Assembly (NCBI GenBank): GCA_958439425.1
Contig: CAUBVH010000009.1
Coordinates: forward strand, 8,770 to 72,769
Origin: an uncultured Collinsella sp.
GTDB taxonomy: Bacteria > Actinomycetota > Coriobacteriia > Coriobacteriales > Coriobacteriaceae
DNA: 64,000 nucleotides
Direction of reading: 5' to 3'
Positions 1 to 10,586 of the stretch are shown here, one piece after another. The notes below the pieces were generated by a model. That model made no database searches and was not told the DNA's origin. It worked only from the letters and a program-made list of their open reading frames with translations. The position numbers and the translations under genes are program-made. Each line of letters begins with the position of its first letter. Within the stretch, counting starts at the first letter, position 1.

Positions 1-18
1 GCATATGTCCAAGACCAC

Positions 19-525
19 ATGCTCGAGCTTTCTGAGCACACGCCCGCTATGGTCGTCGGCAACGGCCCCAACTACGGTGTTGCCGAGGAGGCGGCGCTCA
101 AACTGAGCGAGACCATCAAGATTCCTGCCATGCATCACGAAGGCGAGGAGTTCGTCCACGGTCCCGAGATGCAGATAACCCCAGGCTACCTGGTGTTTAT
201 TGTCGACGATCCGCAGGGGTCGGAGCGTCTTGCGAATATCGCCGATGCGCTATCGAACGTTACGGCAAAAACGGTGCTGCTCACGGCCCATCCCAAGGGT
301 AGGGCTCACGAGGTTGTGGTGCCTCAGGTGGCTCCGCTGCTCAGTGCAATTCCCAATCTCGTGTTCTTCCAGACGATTGCGGCAATAATCGCCGAGCGTC
401 TGAAGTCATGGGACGTTCACCCGTATCTCGATGCTGTCTCCAAGCAAATGGAGGTCAAGGCGGAGGGCTACGAAGAGTCAGTCAATGCGCTTAAGGCCAA
501 AGCGGCCGAGTGTTACGGAATGTAA
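19..525 (+). CDS. SIS-domain sugar isomerase/deglycase family protein (probably 5'-truncated by the window edge)
   Basis: GxGPNYGVAEEAALKLSE and EEFVHGP motifs match the second SIS domain of GlmS/FrlB-type proteins; the frame is open from position 1. Confidence 0.75.
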   Translation: MLELSEHTPAMVVGNGPNYGVAEEAALKLSETIKIPAMHHEGEEFVHGPEMQITPGYLVFIVDDPQGSERLANIADALSNVTAKTVLLTAHPKGRAHEVVVPQVAPLLSAIPNLVFFQTIAAIIAERLKSWDVHPYLDAVSKQMEVKAEGYEESVNALKAKAAECYGM

Positions 526-585
526 GCGGGTTTTGATGCCCGTTGGCATGGGGGATGTGGAAACAACCCCAGAAAGGAGAGACAA

Positions 586-1647
586 ATGAAGGAAACCGAG
601 AAGATCGAGATCATGCATTTCGACCAGGAGGGCTATCTCGAGGACGGCAAGGCGCTCTACGAGACCGGCAAGAAGATGACCGCGCTCGCCGACAAGGTCG
701 CCGACGAGGGCTACGACGCCGTGTTCCTGATGGGCGTCGGCGGCACCTGGGACGAGCTCATGCAGCTCGAGTACCTCATGAACAAGTTCGGCGACCGCGA
801 CCTCGAGGTCTACCTGATCCACGCCGCCGAGTGGAACGTCATGGGCCACAAGCGCATGACCGAGAAGTCCGTCGTGCTCACCGCCTCCGAGTCCGGCACC
901 ACCCCCGAGGTCCTCGAGGCCGTCAAGAAGATGAAGGAAAAGGGCGTTCGCGTCTACGCCATGACCAAGCCCGAGGGCCCCATCGGCCGGGCTGTCGGCG
1001 CCGAGAACTGCGTCGCCATGGCTTCTGACCATGGTTCGGGCGGCTGTGAAAAGGGCTACTACCTCGCCGACTGCTTCGGCCTGCGCCTGCTCAACCGCCG
1101 CGGCTGCTTCCCCAAGTTTGACCTGTTTATCGAGCAGACCAAGGACATCTGGAAGGACATGCTCGATATCCGCAAGCGCTTCGAGCCGCGCGCCGAGGAG
1201 CTCGCCAAGAAGTATGCCCTGGCCCCCTACACCATGTTCATCGGCTCCGGCGCCCTGTGGGGCGAGACCATCCTCTTCTCGATGTGCATCCTCGAGGAGA
1301 TGCAGTGGAAGCGCACCCGCTACATCACCTCGGCCGACTTCTTCCACGGCACCCTCGAGCTCGTGGAGCCCGGCGTCCCGGTCTTCCTGTTCATGGGCGA
1401 GGACGAGAACCGCAAGCTCGACGAGCGCGTCCGCGCGTTCCTGACCCGCGGCGTGACCGGCGACACCGACATCAACGTCATCGACACCGCCGAGTTCGCG
1501 ATCCCCGGCCTTGACGACGAGTTCCGCGTCATCGTCTCCCCGTGGATCCTCTCCTCGCTGATCACCGATCGCCTTGCCGCTTACTACGAGACGGTCACCA
1601 AGCACAACCTCAACTACCGTCGCTACTATCACCAGTTCGACTACTAA
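586..1647 (+). CDS. SIS-domain protein, fructoselysine-6-phosphate deglycase (FrlB)-like
   Basis: SESGTTPE, MCILEEMQW, FFHGTLE and C-terminal RRYY motifs; strong RBS AAAGGAG. Confidence 0.8.
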   Translation: MKETEKIEIMHFDQEGYLEDGKALYETGKKMTALADKVADEGYDAVFLMGVGGTWDELMQLEYLMNKFGDRDLEVYLIHAAEWNVMGHKRMTEKSVVLTASESGTTPEVLEAVKKMKEKGVRVYAMTKPEGPIGRAVGAENCVAMASDHGSGGCEKGYYLADCFGLRLLNRRGCFPKFDLFIEQTKDIWKDMLDIRKRFEPRAEELAKKYALAPYTMFIGSGALWGETILFSMCILEEMQWKRTRYITSADFFHGTLELVEPGVPVFLFMGEDENRKLDERVRAFLTRGVTGDTDINVIDTAEFAIPGLDDEFRVIVSPWILSSLITDRLAAYYETVTKHNLNYRRYYHQFDY

Positions 1648-1720
1648 GAGCAAATAACGTTTGTGTAATTGGGCCTCGCTCCTATATGGAACGGGGCCTC
1701 GCTTGGGTTGGAGAGTAATT

Positions 1721-2557
1721 ATGAGCTATCCCCAGCTTGCCGTCATGAATATCAGCCATCGTTATTTTGACCTTGAGGAGTTCTTTTCTTCGGCGTCGGC
1801 TTCGGGCTACACGTGTTGCGAGCTTTGGACCGGGGCGATGCATCTGTATGTCGATTGCCATGGATACGATTCGCTTGAGCAGGTGCGGGAGCTATCACAG
1901 CGGTATGGGGTTCGGATTGTGGGTCTTTGTCCCGAACAGAACAACCCCAAGCCGTGGAATATCGCGGCGCGCGGGAATGAGGCGCGTGCCCGCACGCTCG
2001 CGTACTTTAAGAACGTTGTGGATATCGCGGCGGAACTTGGAGCCGAGCAGGTCATGGTCTCGAGCGGCTGGGCATTTTTGAACGAGCCAATCGAGGACGC
2101 GTGGGGCCGCAGCACCTCGATGCTGCGTGCGATTGCCGAGCATGCGGGAGAGCGCGGCGTGCGACTGGTGCTCGAGGCCCTACAGCCGGTTGAGTCGATG
2201 ATCGTGAACTCGGCAGCCGATACGAAGCGCATGATCGAGGCGGTTGATCATCCAGCACTTAAGGCGTGTCTGGATTTGGGCGCTATGGCGGTGGCGGGGG
2301 ATACCATCGACGATTATTTTGATCTGCTTGGCGATGATGTCGCCCACGTGCATTTTGTCGATGTTGCGGCAGATGGCACGACGCATCTTGCCTGGGGTGA
2401 CGGCGACCGCGATATGCGCGCCGACCTGGATAGGCTGGTGGCACGCGGCTATCGCGGAGTTGTTTCGGCCGAGACCTATGACTGGCGCTATTTTGCCGAC
2501 CCCGCGGCAGCCGACGCTCAGGTTATGGCGGAGTATCGACGCGCGATTGGCGCCTAA
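1721..2557 (+). CDS. Sugar phosphate isomerase/epimerase (FrlC-like TIM barrel)
   Basis: ELW, LVLEALQ, DLGAM, HVHFVD and HLAWGDG motifs; next to SIS genes; ATG at 1721 after GGAGAG. Confidence 0.75.
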   Translation: MSYPQLAVMNISHRYFDLEEFFSSASASGYTCCELWTGAMHLYVDCHGYDSLEQVRELSQRYGVRIVGLCPEQNNPKPWNIAARGNEARARTLAYFKNVVDIAAELGAEQVMVSSGWAFLNEPIEDAWGRSTSMLRAIAEHAGERGVRLVLEALQPVESMIVNSAADTKRMIEAVDHPALKACLDLGAMAVAGDTIDDYFDLLGDDVAHVHFVDVAADGTTHLAWGDGDRDMRADLDRLVARGYRGVVSAETYDWRYFADPAAADAQVMAEYRRAIGA

Positions 2558-2559
2558 GT

Positions 2560-2745
2560 GGGACAGGGCGCCGAGTTGGCGTTGACGCTTTTTGAGAAAC
2601 GGGACGTGCTTTCCGCTTGAGGCTTCTGGCGGAAAGCACGTCCCAGAACAGGCGCTCAGAATGGGACACACTTTCCGCTGAGGACCTCAACCGGAAACCG
2701 CATCCCAGTTTTTGGCTGGCGGGCGGGACGCGCTTTCCCCTATGT
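2560..2745. repeat. Cluster of GGGAC-core REP-like repeats with an inverted pair
   Basis: GGGACGTGCTTTCCGC...GCGGAAAGCACGTCCC (2601-2644), plus related copies GGGACACACTTTCCGC and GGGACGCGCTTTCCCC. Confidence 0.6.
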
Positions 2746-2815
2746 TTCCAAATGAATACGCTATGAGCCGAGGAGGACGATTCTCCCCGCAAACACTCTA
2801 GTATGCTAAAGTACC

Positions 2816-2847
2816 CAGAAGACCGGCGGAGCTATGCCGGTCTTCTG
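2816..2847 (+). promoter_or_regulatory. Perfect 12-bp stem-loop in the his operon leader
   Basis: CAGAAGACCGGC-N8-GCCGGTCTTCTG lies between a TATGCT -10-like hexamer (2802) and the hisZ RBS. Confidence 0.4.
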
Positions 2848-2882
2848 TTCTATACGAAACGCAGCATGAGGAGGCTCACCAG

Positions 2883-4598
2883 ATGACGGCCACACCGTGG
2901 GGATTCCGGGACATATTGCCCGAGGAGGCTCAGGCGCGCGAGGAGATTGCGCTGACGGTGAAGGGCTGCTTCAGGGAGCATCATTACCTTCCGGTCGAGA
3001 CGCCGCTGCTCGAGGACAAGGGCTCTCTCGAGGAGGGCGGCCGCATTGCGGACACCCCGTTTAAGCTCTTTGATGACGACGGTCGCCTGCTGGTGGTCCG
3101 TCCCGACAACACACTGCCGATCGTTCGCCTGGTTTCGACTCGCATGCGCGCGGCCGATCTGCCGCTGCGCCTGCGCTACGAGGCGCCGGTGGTCCGCGAG
3201 TGCCAACGCAATGCCGGCGCCTCGCGTCAGTTTACGCAGCTGGGCTTTGAGCTCATCGGCGCGGGCGATGCCGCGGGCGATGTTGAGATTGTCTCGCTGG
3301 TCGCCGAGGCCGTGCGCAAGCTGGCGCTGCCTGATGCTCGCATTATCGCAGGTAGCGTACGTCCTTTTAAGGAGCTGCTCGCGGTATGCGAGGATCGCCA
3401 GCTGGCTGCCGAGGCCCTGCGCTGCGTGCATGCCAACGACTTTGTGGGCCTCGATGCCCGCGTGGCGGCAAGTGTCGGGCCCGATGCCGTCAAGGCCGCC
3501 ATTAGCGAGCTGCCGCGCCTACACGGTGGCCCCGAAGTGCTCGACCGCGTGGACGCGCTGTTGGAGGCCGCCGGCATCGCCGCGCCGCTCACGCGCGAAC
3601 TGCGTGCCCTGGTCGATGGTCTGGCTCCCGAGGACGCCCAGGTGCTGTCGTTCGACTTCTCCATCATGAACTCGTTTGATTACTATACGGGTCTGGTCTT
3701 TAAGGCCTATGCCGGCGGCCTGCCCGATCCGGTGGGTTCGGGCGGACGCTACGACTCCATCTTTACCGGTGCATTTGGCGACGGCATTGAGGTGCCGGCG
3801 GCGGGCTTCGCCTTTTCGCTTGAGCGCTTGGAGGCCGCGCGCACCTCGGCCGAGGACGCCGCTTCCGACGGCGATCACGCCGTGGGCCGTGGCGCCGAGG
3901 GTCCGCTGCGCATTGCCGTGCCCAAGGGCTCGCTTAAGGCCGACACGCTCGACGTGCTCGAGGCAGCGGGCTTGGACGTCTCTGAGTTACGCGACCCCGG
4001 CCGTCACCTGATCGTGCGCGGTCGCGACACGCGTGCCGGTGAGGGTGCGGTCGGTGATATCGAGTTTGTCATCGTGCGACCCAGCGACGCGCCCGCCTTT
4101 GTGGGCTGCGGCGGTGCCGACTGCGGCATCTGCGGTTGGGACTCGCTCATCGAGGCCGACCTCAACCTGCTGCAGCTGGTCGATCTGGGCTACGGCCTGT
4201 GCACCTTTATTGAGGCTGAGCCCGCTTGGCGCGCCGGTCAGGCCGAGCGCAACTATGCCCGCCGCGGTTCGCTTCGCGTGGCAACCAAGTACCCGCGCAT
4301 CGCGAGTGCCTGGTATGCCGAGCGCGGCGTGAACGCCGACATTGTTTCGCTGCACGGCAACATCGAGCTGGGACCCATCGTCGGTATGACCGATCGCATC
4401 GTGGATATCACCGCCACGGGCGCCACGCTGCGCGACAACGACCTGGTCATCACCGGCCGCATTATGGACTGCACGGCCCGCTTCTTTGTCAATCCGGGTG
4501 CCGCACGTCTGGATCCGCGCGTACGCAACCTGGCAGATCGCTTGGCGGCAGCCGTGAAGGACAAGCATTTTGAGCCCGTTGCGGGCTCGGCACAATAG
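2883..4598 (+). CDS. hisZ-hisG: Fused ATP phosphoribosyltransferase regulatory subunit HisZ + short-form catalytic HisG
   Basis: N-part: GFRDILP, VRPDNT, QFTQLGFELIG, DYYTG, GGRYD, GFAF (HisZ). C-part: IAVPKG, VATKYP, GNIELGP, IVDITATGATL (HisG). One open frame. Confidence 0.9.
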   Translation: MTATPWGFRDILPEEAQAREEIALTVKGCFREHHYLPVETPLLEDKGSLEEGGRIADTPFKLFDDDGRLLVVRPDNTLPIVRLVSTRMRAADLPLRLRYEAPVVRECQRNAGASRQFTQLGFELIGAGDAAGDVEIVSLVAEAVRKLALPDARIIAGSVRPFKELLAVCEDRQLAAEALRCVHANDFVGLDARVAASVGPDAVKAAISELPRLHGGPEVLDRVDALLEAAGIAAPLTRELRALVDGLAPEDAQVLSFDFSIMNSFDYYTGLVFKAYAGGLPDPVGSGGRYDSIFTGAFGDGIEVPAAGFAFSLERLEAARTSAEDAASDGDHAVGRGAEGPLRIAVPKGSLKADTLDVLEAAGLDVSELRDPGRHLIVRGRDTRAGEGAVGDIEFVIVRPSDAPAFVGCGGADCGICGWDSLIEADLNLLQLVDLGYGLCTFIEAEPAWRAGQAERNYARRGSLRVATKYPRIASAWYAERGVNADIVSLHGNIELGPIVGMTDRIVDITATGATLRDNDLVITGRIMDCTARFFVNPGAARLDPRVRNLADRLAAAVKDKHFEPVAGSAQ

Positions 4599-4703
4599 CG
4601 CGAGCACGCACGGGCGCCCCAACGTCCGGGCGGCGGGCCGACTGACGCCGCCGCCCGGTCTCTCATTTTTCGAACAAAACCTCGACCGATAGGGGATACC
4701 GAT

Positions 4704-6140
4704 ATGAAGACTATCAAGCTTGCTCCCGGTGAGCGTCTCGTTACCAACCAGCTCAACCGCAAGGGCGTGCTGCCGCAAAACATCGTCGACGCTGCCCGCG
4801 ATATCGTGGCCAACGTGCGCGCTAACGGCGATGTCGCGGTGCGCGATTACTGTCGGCGTTTTGATGGTGTTGAGCTGCAGAGCTTCCGTCTGCCGCAAGA
4901 GCAGATCGATGCCGCGCTCGAAGGCCTCGATCCCGCTTTTGTCGCCGCGCTCGAGAAGGCTGCGCGTCAGATTCGCGAGTTCCACCAGCGCGAGGTCGAG
5001 CAGAGCTGGTTTACCACGCGCCCGGACGGCACGATGCTCGGCGTTAAGGTGACCCCGCTTGCCGCTGCCGGCATCTACGTGCCGGGCGGTCGTGCGCAGT
5101 ATCCCTCCACGGTGCTCATGAACGCCATTCCCGCCAAGGTTGCCGGCGTCAAGCGCGTGGTCATGGTGACGCCGCCGCAAAAGGACGGCCTGATCAGCCC
5201 CTATACACTCGCCGCGGCAAAGCTCGGCGGCGTGGACGAGATCTATATGGTGGGCGGCGCTCAGGCTGTGGCCGCGCTGGCGTACGGCACCGAGACCATT
5301 CCGCGCGTCGACAAAATCACCGGTCCGGGCAACGCCTTTGTTGCCGCCGCCAAGCAGATTGTCTCGGGCGACGTGGGAATCGACATGGTTGCCGGTCCCT
5401 CCGAGGTCTGCGTGCTGGCCGACGCCACGGCCAAGCCTATGGTGGTCGCGGCCGACCTGATGGCCCAGGCCGAGCATGATCCGCTGGCGGCCTGCTATCT
5501 GGTGACCTGCGACGAGCAGTTTGCGCGTGAGGTTGAGGCAGGTATCGACATCCTGGTGGCACAGTCCCCGCGTGCCGAGATCACGCGCGCCTCGCTCGAC
5601 AACGAAGGCACCATCGTGGTGGCCGCCGACATGGCGGCTGCCGTCGAGGCGGTGAACACCGTGGCGCCCGAGCACCTTGAGCTGCACTGCAAGGATGCGA
5701 TGGGCCTGCTTGACGGCATTCGCAACGCCGGCGCCATCTTTGTGGGCGCTTGGAGCTCCGAGCCGCTCGGCGATTATGTTGCTGGCCCCAACCACACGCT
5801 GCCGACCGGCGGCACGGCCATGTTCTCCAACCCGCTTTCGGTCGAAGAGTTCGTCAAGCGCTCGAGTGTCATTTGCTATACACCTGAGGGCCTGCTCTCC
5901 GATGCTCCTGCCACGCAGCGTCTAGCCGAGGCCGAGGGTCTGTGGGCACACGCGCTTTCCGCCGCGCTGCGCCGCCGCGTGTTGGAGCAGGGCGAGGATG
6001 CCGTGAGCGCCGAGTCGCTGGCCGCGGCCGACCTGACCAAGGTTGCCTGGCCGGGCGACGCCGTGGCGACGGTTGCCGAGGGCGTGGACCTGGCGGCTAC
6101 AAGCGCGGATGGCGCCGGCGCGACTGGCAAGGAGGCCTGA
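4704..6140 (+). CDS. hisD: Histidinol dehydrogenase
   Basis: [32 protein letters not shown] and GPNHTLPT motifs. Confidence 0.97.
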   Translation: MKTIKLAPGERLVTNQLNRKGVLPQNIVDAARDIVANVRANGDVAVRDYCRRFDGVELQSFRLPQEQIDAALEGLDPAFVAALEKAARQIREFHQREVEQSWFTTRPDGTMLGVKVTPLAAAGIYVPGGRAQYPSTVLMNAIPAKVAGVKRVVMVTPPQKDGLISPYTLAAAKLGGVDEIYMVGGAQAVAALAYGTETIPRVDKITGPGNAFVAAAKQIVSGDVGIDMVAGPSEVCVLADATAKPMVVAADLMAQAEHDPLAACYLVTCDEQFAREVEAGIDILVAQSPRAEITRASLDNEGTIVVAADMAAAVEAVNTVAPEHLELHCKDAMGLLDGIRNAGAIFVGAWSSEPLGDYVAGPNHTLPTGGTAMFSNPLSVEEFVKRSSVICYTPEGLLSDAPATQRLAEAEGLWAHALSAALRRRVLEQGEDAVSAESLAAADLTKVAWPGDAVATVAEGVDLAATSADGAGATGKEA

Positions 6141-6141
6141 T

Positions 6142-7257
6142 ATGGCCGAGCTCACGCCCCGTATGAAGGAGCTCGTCCAGCCCTACTTGGCCGGCATTGA
6201 GCCCTACGATCCCAACTTTACGCCTACGCGCATCAACCTTTCGGCCAACGAGAACACCTATCCCGTGCCGGCTGGCGTGCGCGAGGCGGTCGACGCCGTC
6301 CTGGCTGCCACGCCGCTCAACCGCTATCCCGATCCCATGTCCAACGATCTGCGCGACGAGCTTGCCGCTTGGCATGGTGTGGCGCGCGAGAATGTCTGCG
6401 TGGGCAACGGCGGCGACGAGCTGCTCTATAACTACCTGCTGGCGTTTGGCGGTGCGGGACGGACCCTGCTCAACTGCCCGCCGTGCTTTAGCGAGTACGC
6501 GTTCTTTGCGTCGCTCTGCCAGATCGAGGTGCGCGACGTGTGGCGCGACCCCGCGACCTTTGAGCTCGACCAGGCAGCCGTGCTTGCGGCGGCGCCCGAG
6601 TGCAACCTGGCGATCGTGACCTCGCCCAATAACCCCACGGGCGACGTGGCGCCGCTCGACTTTGTCGCGGCGCTGTGCGATGCGTGCCCCGGCATGGTAA
6701 TGGTCGACGAGGCCTACGTTGAGTTTGCCGACGATTTGTTTGGCGCGGCCACCACGGCGCAGGGGCTTATCGCCGAGCATTCCAACCTGGTGATTCTGCA
6801 TACGTTGTCCAAGGCGTTTGGCGCCGCCGGCGCACGCCTGGGCTACGTGATCGCGGTGCCCGAGGTCATCGAGGTGTTCGCGGCGATTCGCCAGATCTAC
6901 TCGGTCAATGTGCTGAGCCAGGCCGCCGCGCTTGCCTGCGTGCGTGCCCGCGATGCGTACGCGCCCGTGGTGGCACAGGTCGCATCCGAGCGCGAGCGCG
7001 AGCTGTGCGCCCTGCGCGCAATGGCTGCCGAGGGCCTGCCCGTGGAGGCATGGCCGAGCGCGGCGAACTTTGTGCTCGTGCGCACGCCGCATGCCACGCG
7101 CGTGCGCGAGCGTCTGCGCGATGAGTATTCGATTTTGGTGCGCGACTTTAGCTACGCGCCGGGGCTCGCGGACTGCCTGCGCATTACCGTGGGCACTCCA
7201 CAGGAAAACGACGAGGTGCTGGCCGCGTTTGCCGCGCTGGTGAAGGAGGAGATGTAG
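6142..7257 (+). CDS. hisC: Histidinol-phosphate aminotransferase
   Basis: LSANEN, NRYPD, SPNNPTG, DEAYVEF and TLSKAFG motifs; within the his operon. Confidence 0.93.
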   Translation: MAELTPRMKELVQPYLAGIEPYDPNFTPTRINLSANENTYPVPAGVREAVDAVLAATPLNRYPDPMSNDLRDELAAWHGVARENVCVGNGGDELLYNYLLAFGGAGRTLLNCPPCFSEYAFFASLCQIEVRDVWRDPATFELDQAAVLAAAPECNLAIVTSPNNPTGDVAPLDFVAALCDACPGMVMVDEAYVEFADDLFGAATTAQGLIAEHSNLVILHTLSKAFGAAGARLGYVIAVPEVIEVFAAIRQIYSVNVLSQAAALACVRARDAYAPVVAQVASERERELCALRAMAAEGLPVEAWPSAANFVLVRTPHATRVRERLRDEYSILVRDFSYAPGLADCLRITVGTPQENDEVLAAFAALVKEEM

Positions 7258-7845
7258 ATGGACCGCTATGCCGAGGTAACCCGCAAGACGGGCGAGACCG
7301 ACATTGTCGTAAAGCTCGACCTGGATGGGAGCGGCGTGTGCGATATCTCGACCGGCGTGCCGTTTTTCGACCACATGCTCAACGCCTTTGGCCGCCATGG
7401 CCTGTTCGATCTGACGGTGCACGCAGTGGGCGACGTCGAGGTCGACGCGCATCACACCGTCGAGGACACGGGCATCGTGCTGGGCGAGGCGTTTTGCCAG
7501 GCGCTGGGCGACAAGGCGGGTATTACGCGCTTTGCCGATGCGGCGATCGCCATGGACGAGACGCTCGTGATGGCCGCCGTGGACATTTCGGGTCGCGGCC
7601 AGGCCTATTGCGAGCTGCCCGTGCCGACCGAGCGCGTGGGTAGCTTCGATACCGAGCTGGCCGTCGAGTTCTTCTATGCCTTCGCGCGTGACGCCAAGCT
7701 CACACTGCACGTGCGCGAGCTGGCAGGCGGCAATTCGCACCACATTATCGAAGCCGCCTTTAAGGCCGTGGGACGCACGATGCGCCACGCCTGCGAGCTC
7801 GATCCCCGCGTGCAGGGCATCCCCAGCACCAAGGGCTCGCTGTAA
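7258..7845 (+). CDS. hisB: Imidazoleglycerol-phosphate dehydratase
   Basis: FFDHML, DAHHTVED, NSHHIIEA and PSTKG motifs. Confidence 0.97.
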   Translation: MDRYAEVTRKTGETDIVVKLDLDGSGVCDISTGVPFFDHMLNAFGRHGLFDLTVHAVGDVEVDAHHTVEDTGIVLGEAFCQALGDKAGITRFADAAIAMDETLVMAAVDISGRGQAYCELPVPTERVGSFDTELAVEFFYAFARDAKLTLHVRELAGGNSHHIIEAAFKAVGRTMRHACELDPRVQGIPSTKGSL

Positions 7846-7958
7846 CCTACCAAAAAGGGACAGGTTTATTTTGGCAGGTTTTATCTGCGGAAATGCCGTC
7901 TCATGTGGTGGGTGAACGTTTAACCGACCAAAATAAACCTGTCCCTTTTTGGCAGGTT
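7844..7958. repeat. REP-like inverted-repeat doublet between hisB and hisH
   Basis: CCAAAAAGGGACAGGTTTATTTTGG is paired with CCAAAATAAACCTGTCCCTTTTTGG; each ~37-bp arm is itself partly palindromic. Confidence 0.75.
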
Positions 7959-7982
7959 TTGAATGGGAAAAGGGAGGGTCGC

Positions 7983-8684
7983 GTGGGCGAACCGAAGATT
8001 GTGGTGGTCGATTACCACAAGGGTAACTTGTCGAGCGTCGTGCGCGGGCTTGCGCGCGCCGGTGCCGTCGCCTGCACATCGGACGATCCGGAGCAGATCC
8101 GCAACGCCGACGGTCTGGTCATCCCGGGCGTGGGCGCGTTCTATGACGCGATCGCCTTTATGCGCCAGAGCGGCGAGGCGGACGCGGTGCTCGATGCCAT
8201 TGCCGCCGGAACTCCGCTGCTCGGCATCTGCCTGGGCCTTCAGCTGTTTTTTGAGCGCGGCAACGAGGGCGTGCCTGCGGATGAGGGTGTTGCCGCGGAC
8301 GGCGACGCCTCCGGGCAGGCCGGTGCCCCTTGGGTCGATGGCCTGGGCATTATGCGCGGTTCGTGCACACGCTTGGAGTCGAGCCGCCTGAAGGTGCCGC
8401 ACGTGGGTTGGGACCAGGTGCACATGACGTCCGCCGGTGCGGCCGATCCGCTGCTTGCCGGTTTTGCCGAGGGCGCCAACATGTACTTTACCCACAGCTA
8501 CGCGGTGGCCGACAACGCCGATGCCACCGATGTGCTGGCGCGCACGCACTACACGCGGAGCTTTCCGTGCATCGTGCGCCATGGCAACGTGTGGGGCTGC
8601 CAGTTCCATCCCGAGAAATCCTCCGCGCTGGGTCAGCGCATTCTTAAGAACTTCGTGAGCATCGTCGAGGGGGCCGGCCGATGA
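7983..8684 (+). CDS. hisH: Imidazole glycerol phosphate synthase, glutaminase subunit
   Basis: GNLSSV, PGVGAF, GICLG and QFHPEKS motifs; GTG start after GGGAGGG. Confidence 0.95.
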   Translation: MGEPKIVVVDYHKGNLSSVVRGLARAGAVACTSDDPEQIRNADGLVIPGVGAFYDAIAFMRQSGEADAVLDAIAAGTPLLGICLGLQLFFERGNEGVPADEGVAADGDASGQAGAPWVDGLGIMRGSCTRLESSRLKVPHVGWDQVHMTSAGAADPLLAGFAEGANMYFTHSYAVADNADATDVLARTHYTRSFPCIVRHGNVWGCQFHPEKSSALGQRILKNFVSIVEGAGR

Positions 8685-9424
8685 TTCTGTTTCCCGCAAT
8701 CGATCTGATCGGCGGCAAGGTTGTGCGCTTGGAGCGCGGCGACCGGAGCCGCTGCAAGGTATATTCCGACGACCCCGTGGCCGTCGCCCGCTCGTTTGCC
8801 GAGCAGGGCGCAAGCTGGGTGCATGTCGTCGACCTGTCCGCTGCCTTTGGCGAGGACGAGGGCGCATGTGCCGCCAACTCGACGGCGATTAAGGCCATCT
8901 GCGGCGTCGACGGTCTGTCCGTGGACGTGGGCGGCGGCGTTCGCTCACTCGCACGCATCGATGAGCTGGCAGGCTATGGTGCTCGCCGCATTGCGCTGGG
9001 CACCGTGTTGGTGACCGAGCCGGGTTTTGCCGAGGTGGCGGCCCAAGGCTTTGGCGAGTTGCTGGTCGCCGACATTGCCGCGCGCGACGGCCAGGTTAAG
9101 GTGAACGGCTGGCGCGACGGCGCTGGCGTGGCGCTCGACGATGCCGTGGCGCAGCTTACCGAGCTGGGCTTTAAGCATCTGGTGTATACCGACATCGCGC
9201 GCGATGGCATGCAGACGGGCATCGATGTGGCGGCGTATCGCCATGTGGCCGAGGTCGCGGGATTTCCCGTCGTGGCTTCGGGTGGCATCTCGACGCTCGA
9301 CGACATCCGCGCGCTGGCCGCGGTGGGCGAGGTCGCGATTGAAGGCGCCATTACCGGCCGTGCGCTCTACGAAGGCAACTTTACGCTGGCACAGGCGCTG
9401 GCCGCCGCCCGAGGGGAGGAGTAG
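8681..9424 (+). CDS. hisA: ProFAR isomerase
   Basis: FPAIDL, GGGVR, TDIARDG, ASGGI and GRALY motifs. Confidence 0.95.
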   Translation: MILFPAIDLIGGKVVRLERGDRSRCKVYSDDPVAVARSFAEQGASWVHVVDLSAAFGEDEGACAANSTAIKAICGVDGLSVDVGGGVRSLARIDELAGYGARRIALGTVLVTEPGFAEVAAQGFGELLVADIAARDGQVKVNGWRDGAGVALDDAVAQLTELGFKHLVYTDIARDGMQTGIDVAAYRHVAEVAGFPVVASGGISTLDDIRALAAVGEVAIEGAITGRALYEGNFTLAQALAAARGEE

Positions 9425-9427
9425 CCC

Positions 9428-10210
9428 ATGCTTACCAAGCGCGTGATTCCCTGCCTGGACGTCAAGGATGGCCGTGTGGTCAAGGGCGTCAACTTTGTGA
9501 GCTTGCGCGATGCGGGCGATCCGGTGGAACTGGCGCGCGCCTACGACCGCGAGGGTGCGGACGAGGTCGTCTTCCTGGACATTACCGCCACGAGCGACAA
9601 CCGCGCGACGACTATCGAGATGGCGGCGCACGCGGCCGAGGAGCTCGCTATTCCCTATACCGTGGGCGGCGGTTTCCGCGACTTGGCGGGCATGCGGACC
9701 ATGGTTGCCGCCGGCGCCGACAAGGTGTCGCTTAACTCTGCCGCCGTGCGCGATCCGTCGTTGATCAGCCAGGCCGCCGCGGCGTTTGGCAGCCAGGCCG
9801 TGGTCGTGGCGATCGATGCCAAGCGCGTCGGCTTGCCCGGCGAGCCAGATGCCGACAAGTGGGAGGTCTTCACGGCGGGCGGCCGCAACGCCACAGGTAT
9901 CGATGCGGTGGCGTGGGCCGAGGAGGCGGCTCGTCGCGGCGCCGGCGAAATCCTACTGACCAGCATGGACCGCGACGGCACCAAGGCCGGCTTTGACCTG
10001 GCGCTCACTCGCGCCGTGGCGCGCGCGGTACCGATTCCCGTCATCGCGAGCGGCGGCGTGGGTACGCTCGAGCATTTTGCCGAGGGCGTGATCGAGGGCG
10101 AGGCCGATGCCGTGCTGGCGGCGAGCGTCTTTCACTTTGGAACCTTCAGCATTCGCCAGGTGAAGGAGTATATGGCGTCGCAGGGTATTCCCGTGAGATT
10201 GGATTTTTAA
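9428..10210 (+). CDS. hisF: Imidazole glycerol phosphate synthase, cyclase subunit
   Basis: [21 protein letters not shown] and TSMDRDG motifs. Confidence 0.97.
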   Translation: MLTKRVIPCLDVKDGRVVKGVNFVSLRDAGDPVELARAYDREGADEVVFLDITATSDNRATTIEMAAHAAEELAIPYTVGGGFRDLAGMRTMVAAGADKVSLNSAAVRDPSLISQAAAAFGSQAVVVAIDAKRVGLPGEPDADKWEVFTAGGRNATGIDAVAWAEEAARRGAGEILLTSMDRDGTKAGFDLALTRAVARAVPIPVIASGGVGTLEHFAEGVIEGEADAVLAASVFHFGTFSIRQVKEYMASQGIPVRLDF

Positions 10211-10540
10211 ATGGAGCAAGTGACAACTGCGTCCGAGCTCAAATACGACGCCCGCGGGCTGATTCCTTGTGTTGTTCAGCAGTATGACACCGGTGAGGTG
10301 CTTATGGTTGCTTGGATGAACGAGGAGTCGGTGGGGCTTACGCTCAAGACCGGGACCACGTGGTTTTGGAGTCGCAGCCGCCAGGAGCTGTGGAACAAGG
10401 GCGCGACGAGCGGCAATATGCAGGAGGTCAAGGAGCTCTGGGCCGACTGCGATAGCGATACGCTGCTGGTCAAGGTCGACTCGCCGGGTCCGGCCTGCCA
10501 TACCGGCAACCGTACCTGCTTCTTTAAGAAACTCGCGTAG
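10211..10540 (+). CDS. hisI: Phosphoribosyl-AMP cyclohydrolase
   Basis: WSRSR, KGATSG, DCDSD and ACHTG..TCF motifs. Confidence 0.95.
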   Translation: MEQVTTASELKYDARGLIPCVVQQYDTGEVLMVAWMNEESVGLTLKTGTTWFWSRSRQELWNKGATSGNMQEVKELWADCDSDTLLVKVDSPGPACHTGNRTCFFKKLA

Positions 10541-10586
10541 GGCGGGCGCTCGACTAGGCGCTTGGCCAACCAGAAAGGATTGAACT

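Noticed and set aside
3987..8079. Long antisense ORFs (602 aa, 660 aa) and similar ones opposite eno, virD4 and the surface protein
   Set aside because: Shadow frames of high-GC coding genes, with no recognisable motifs
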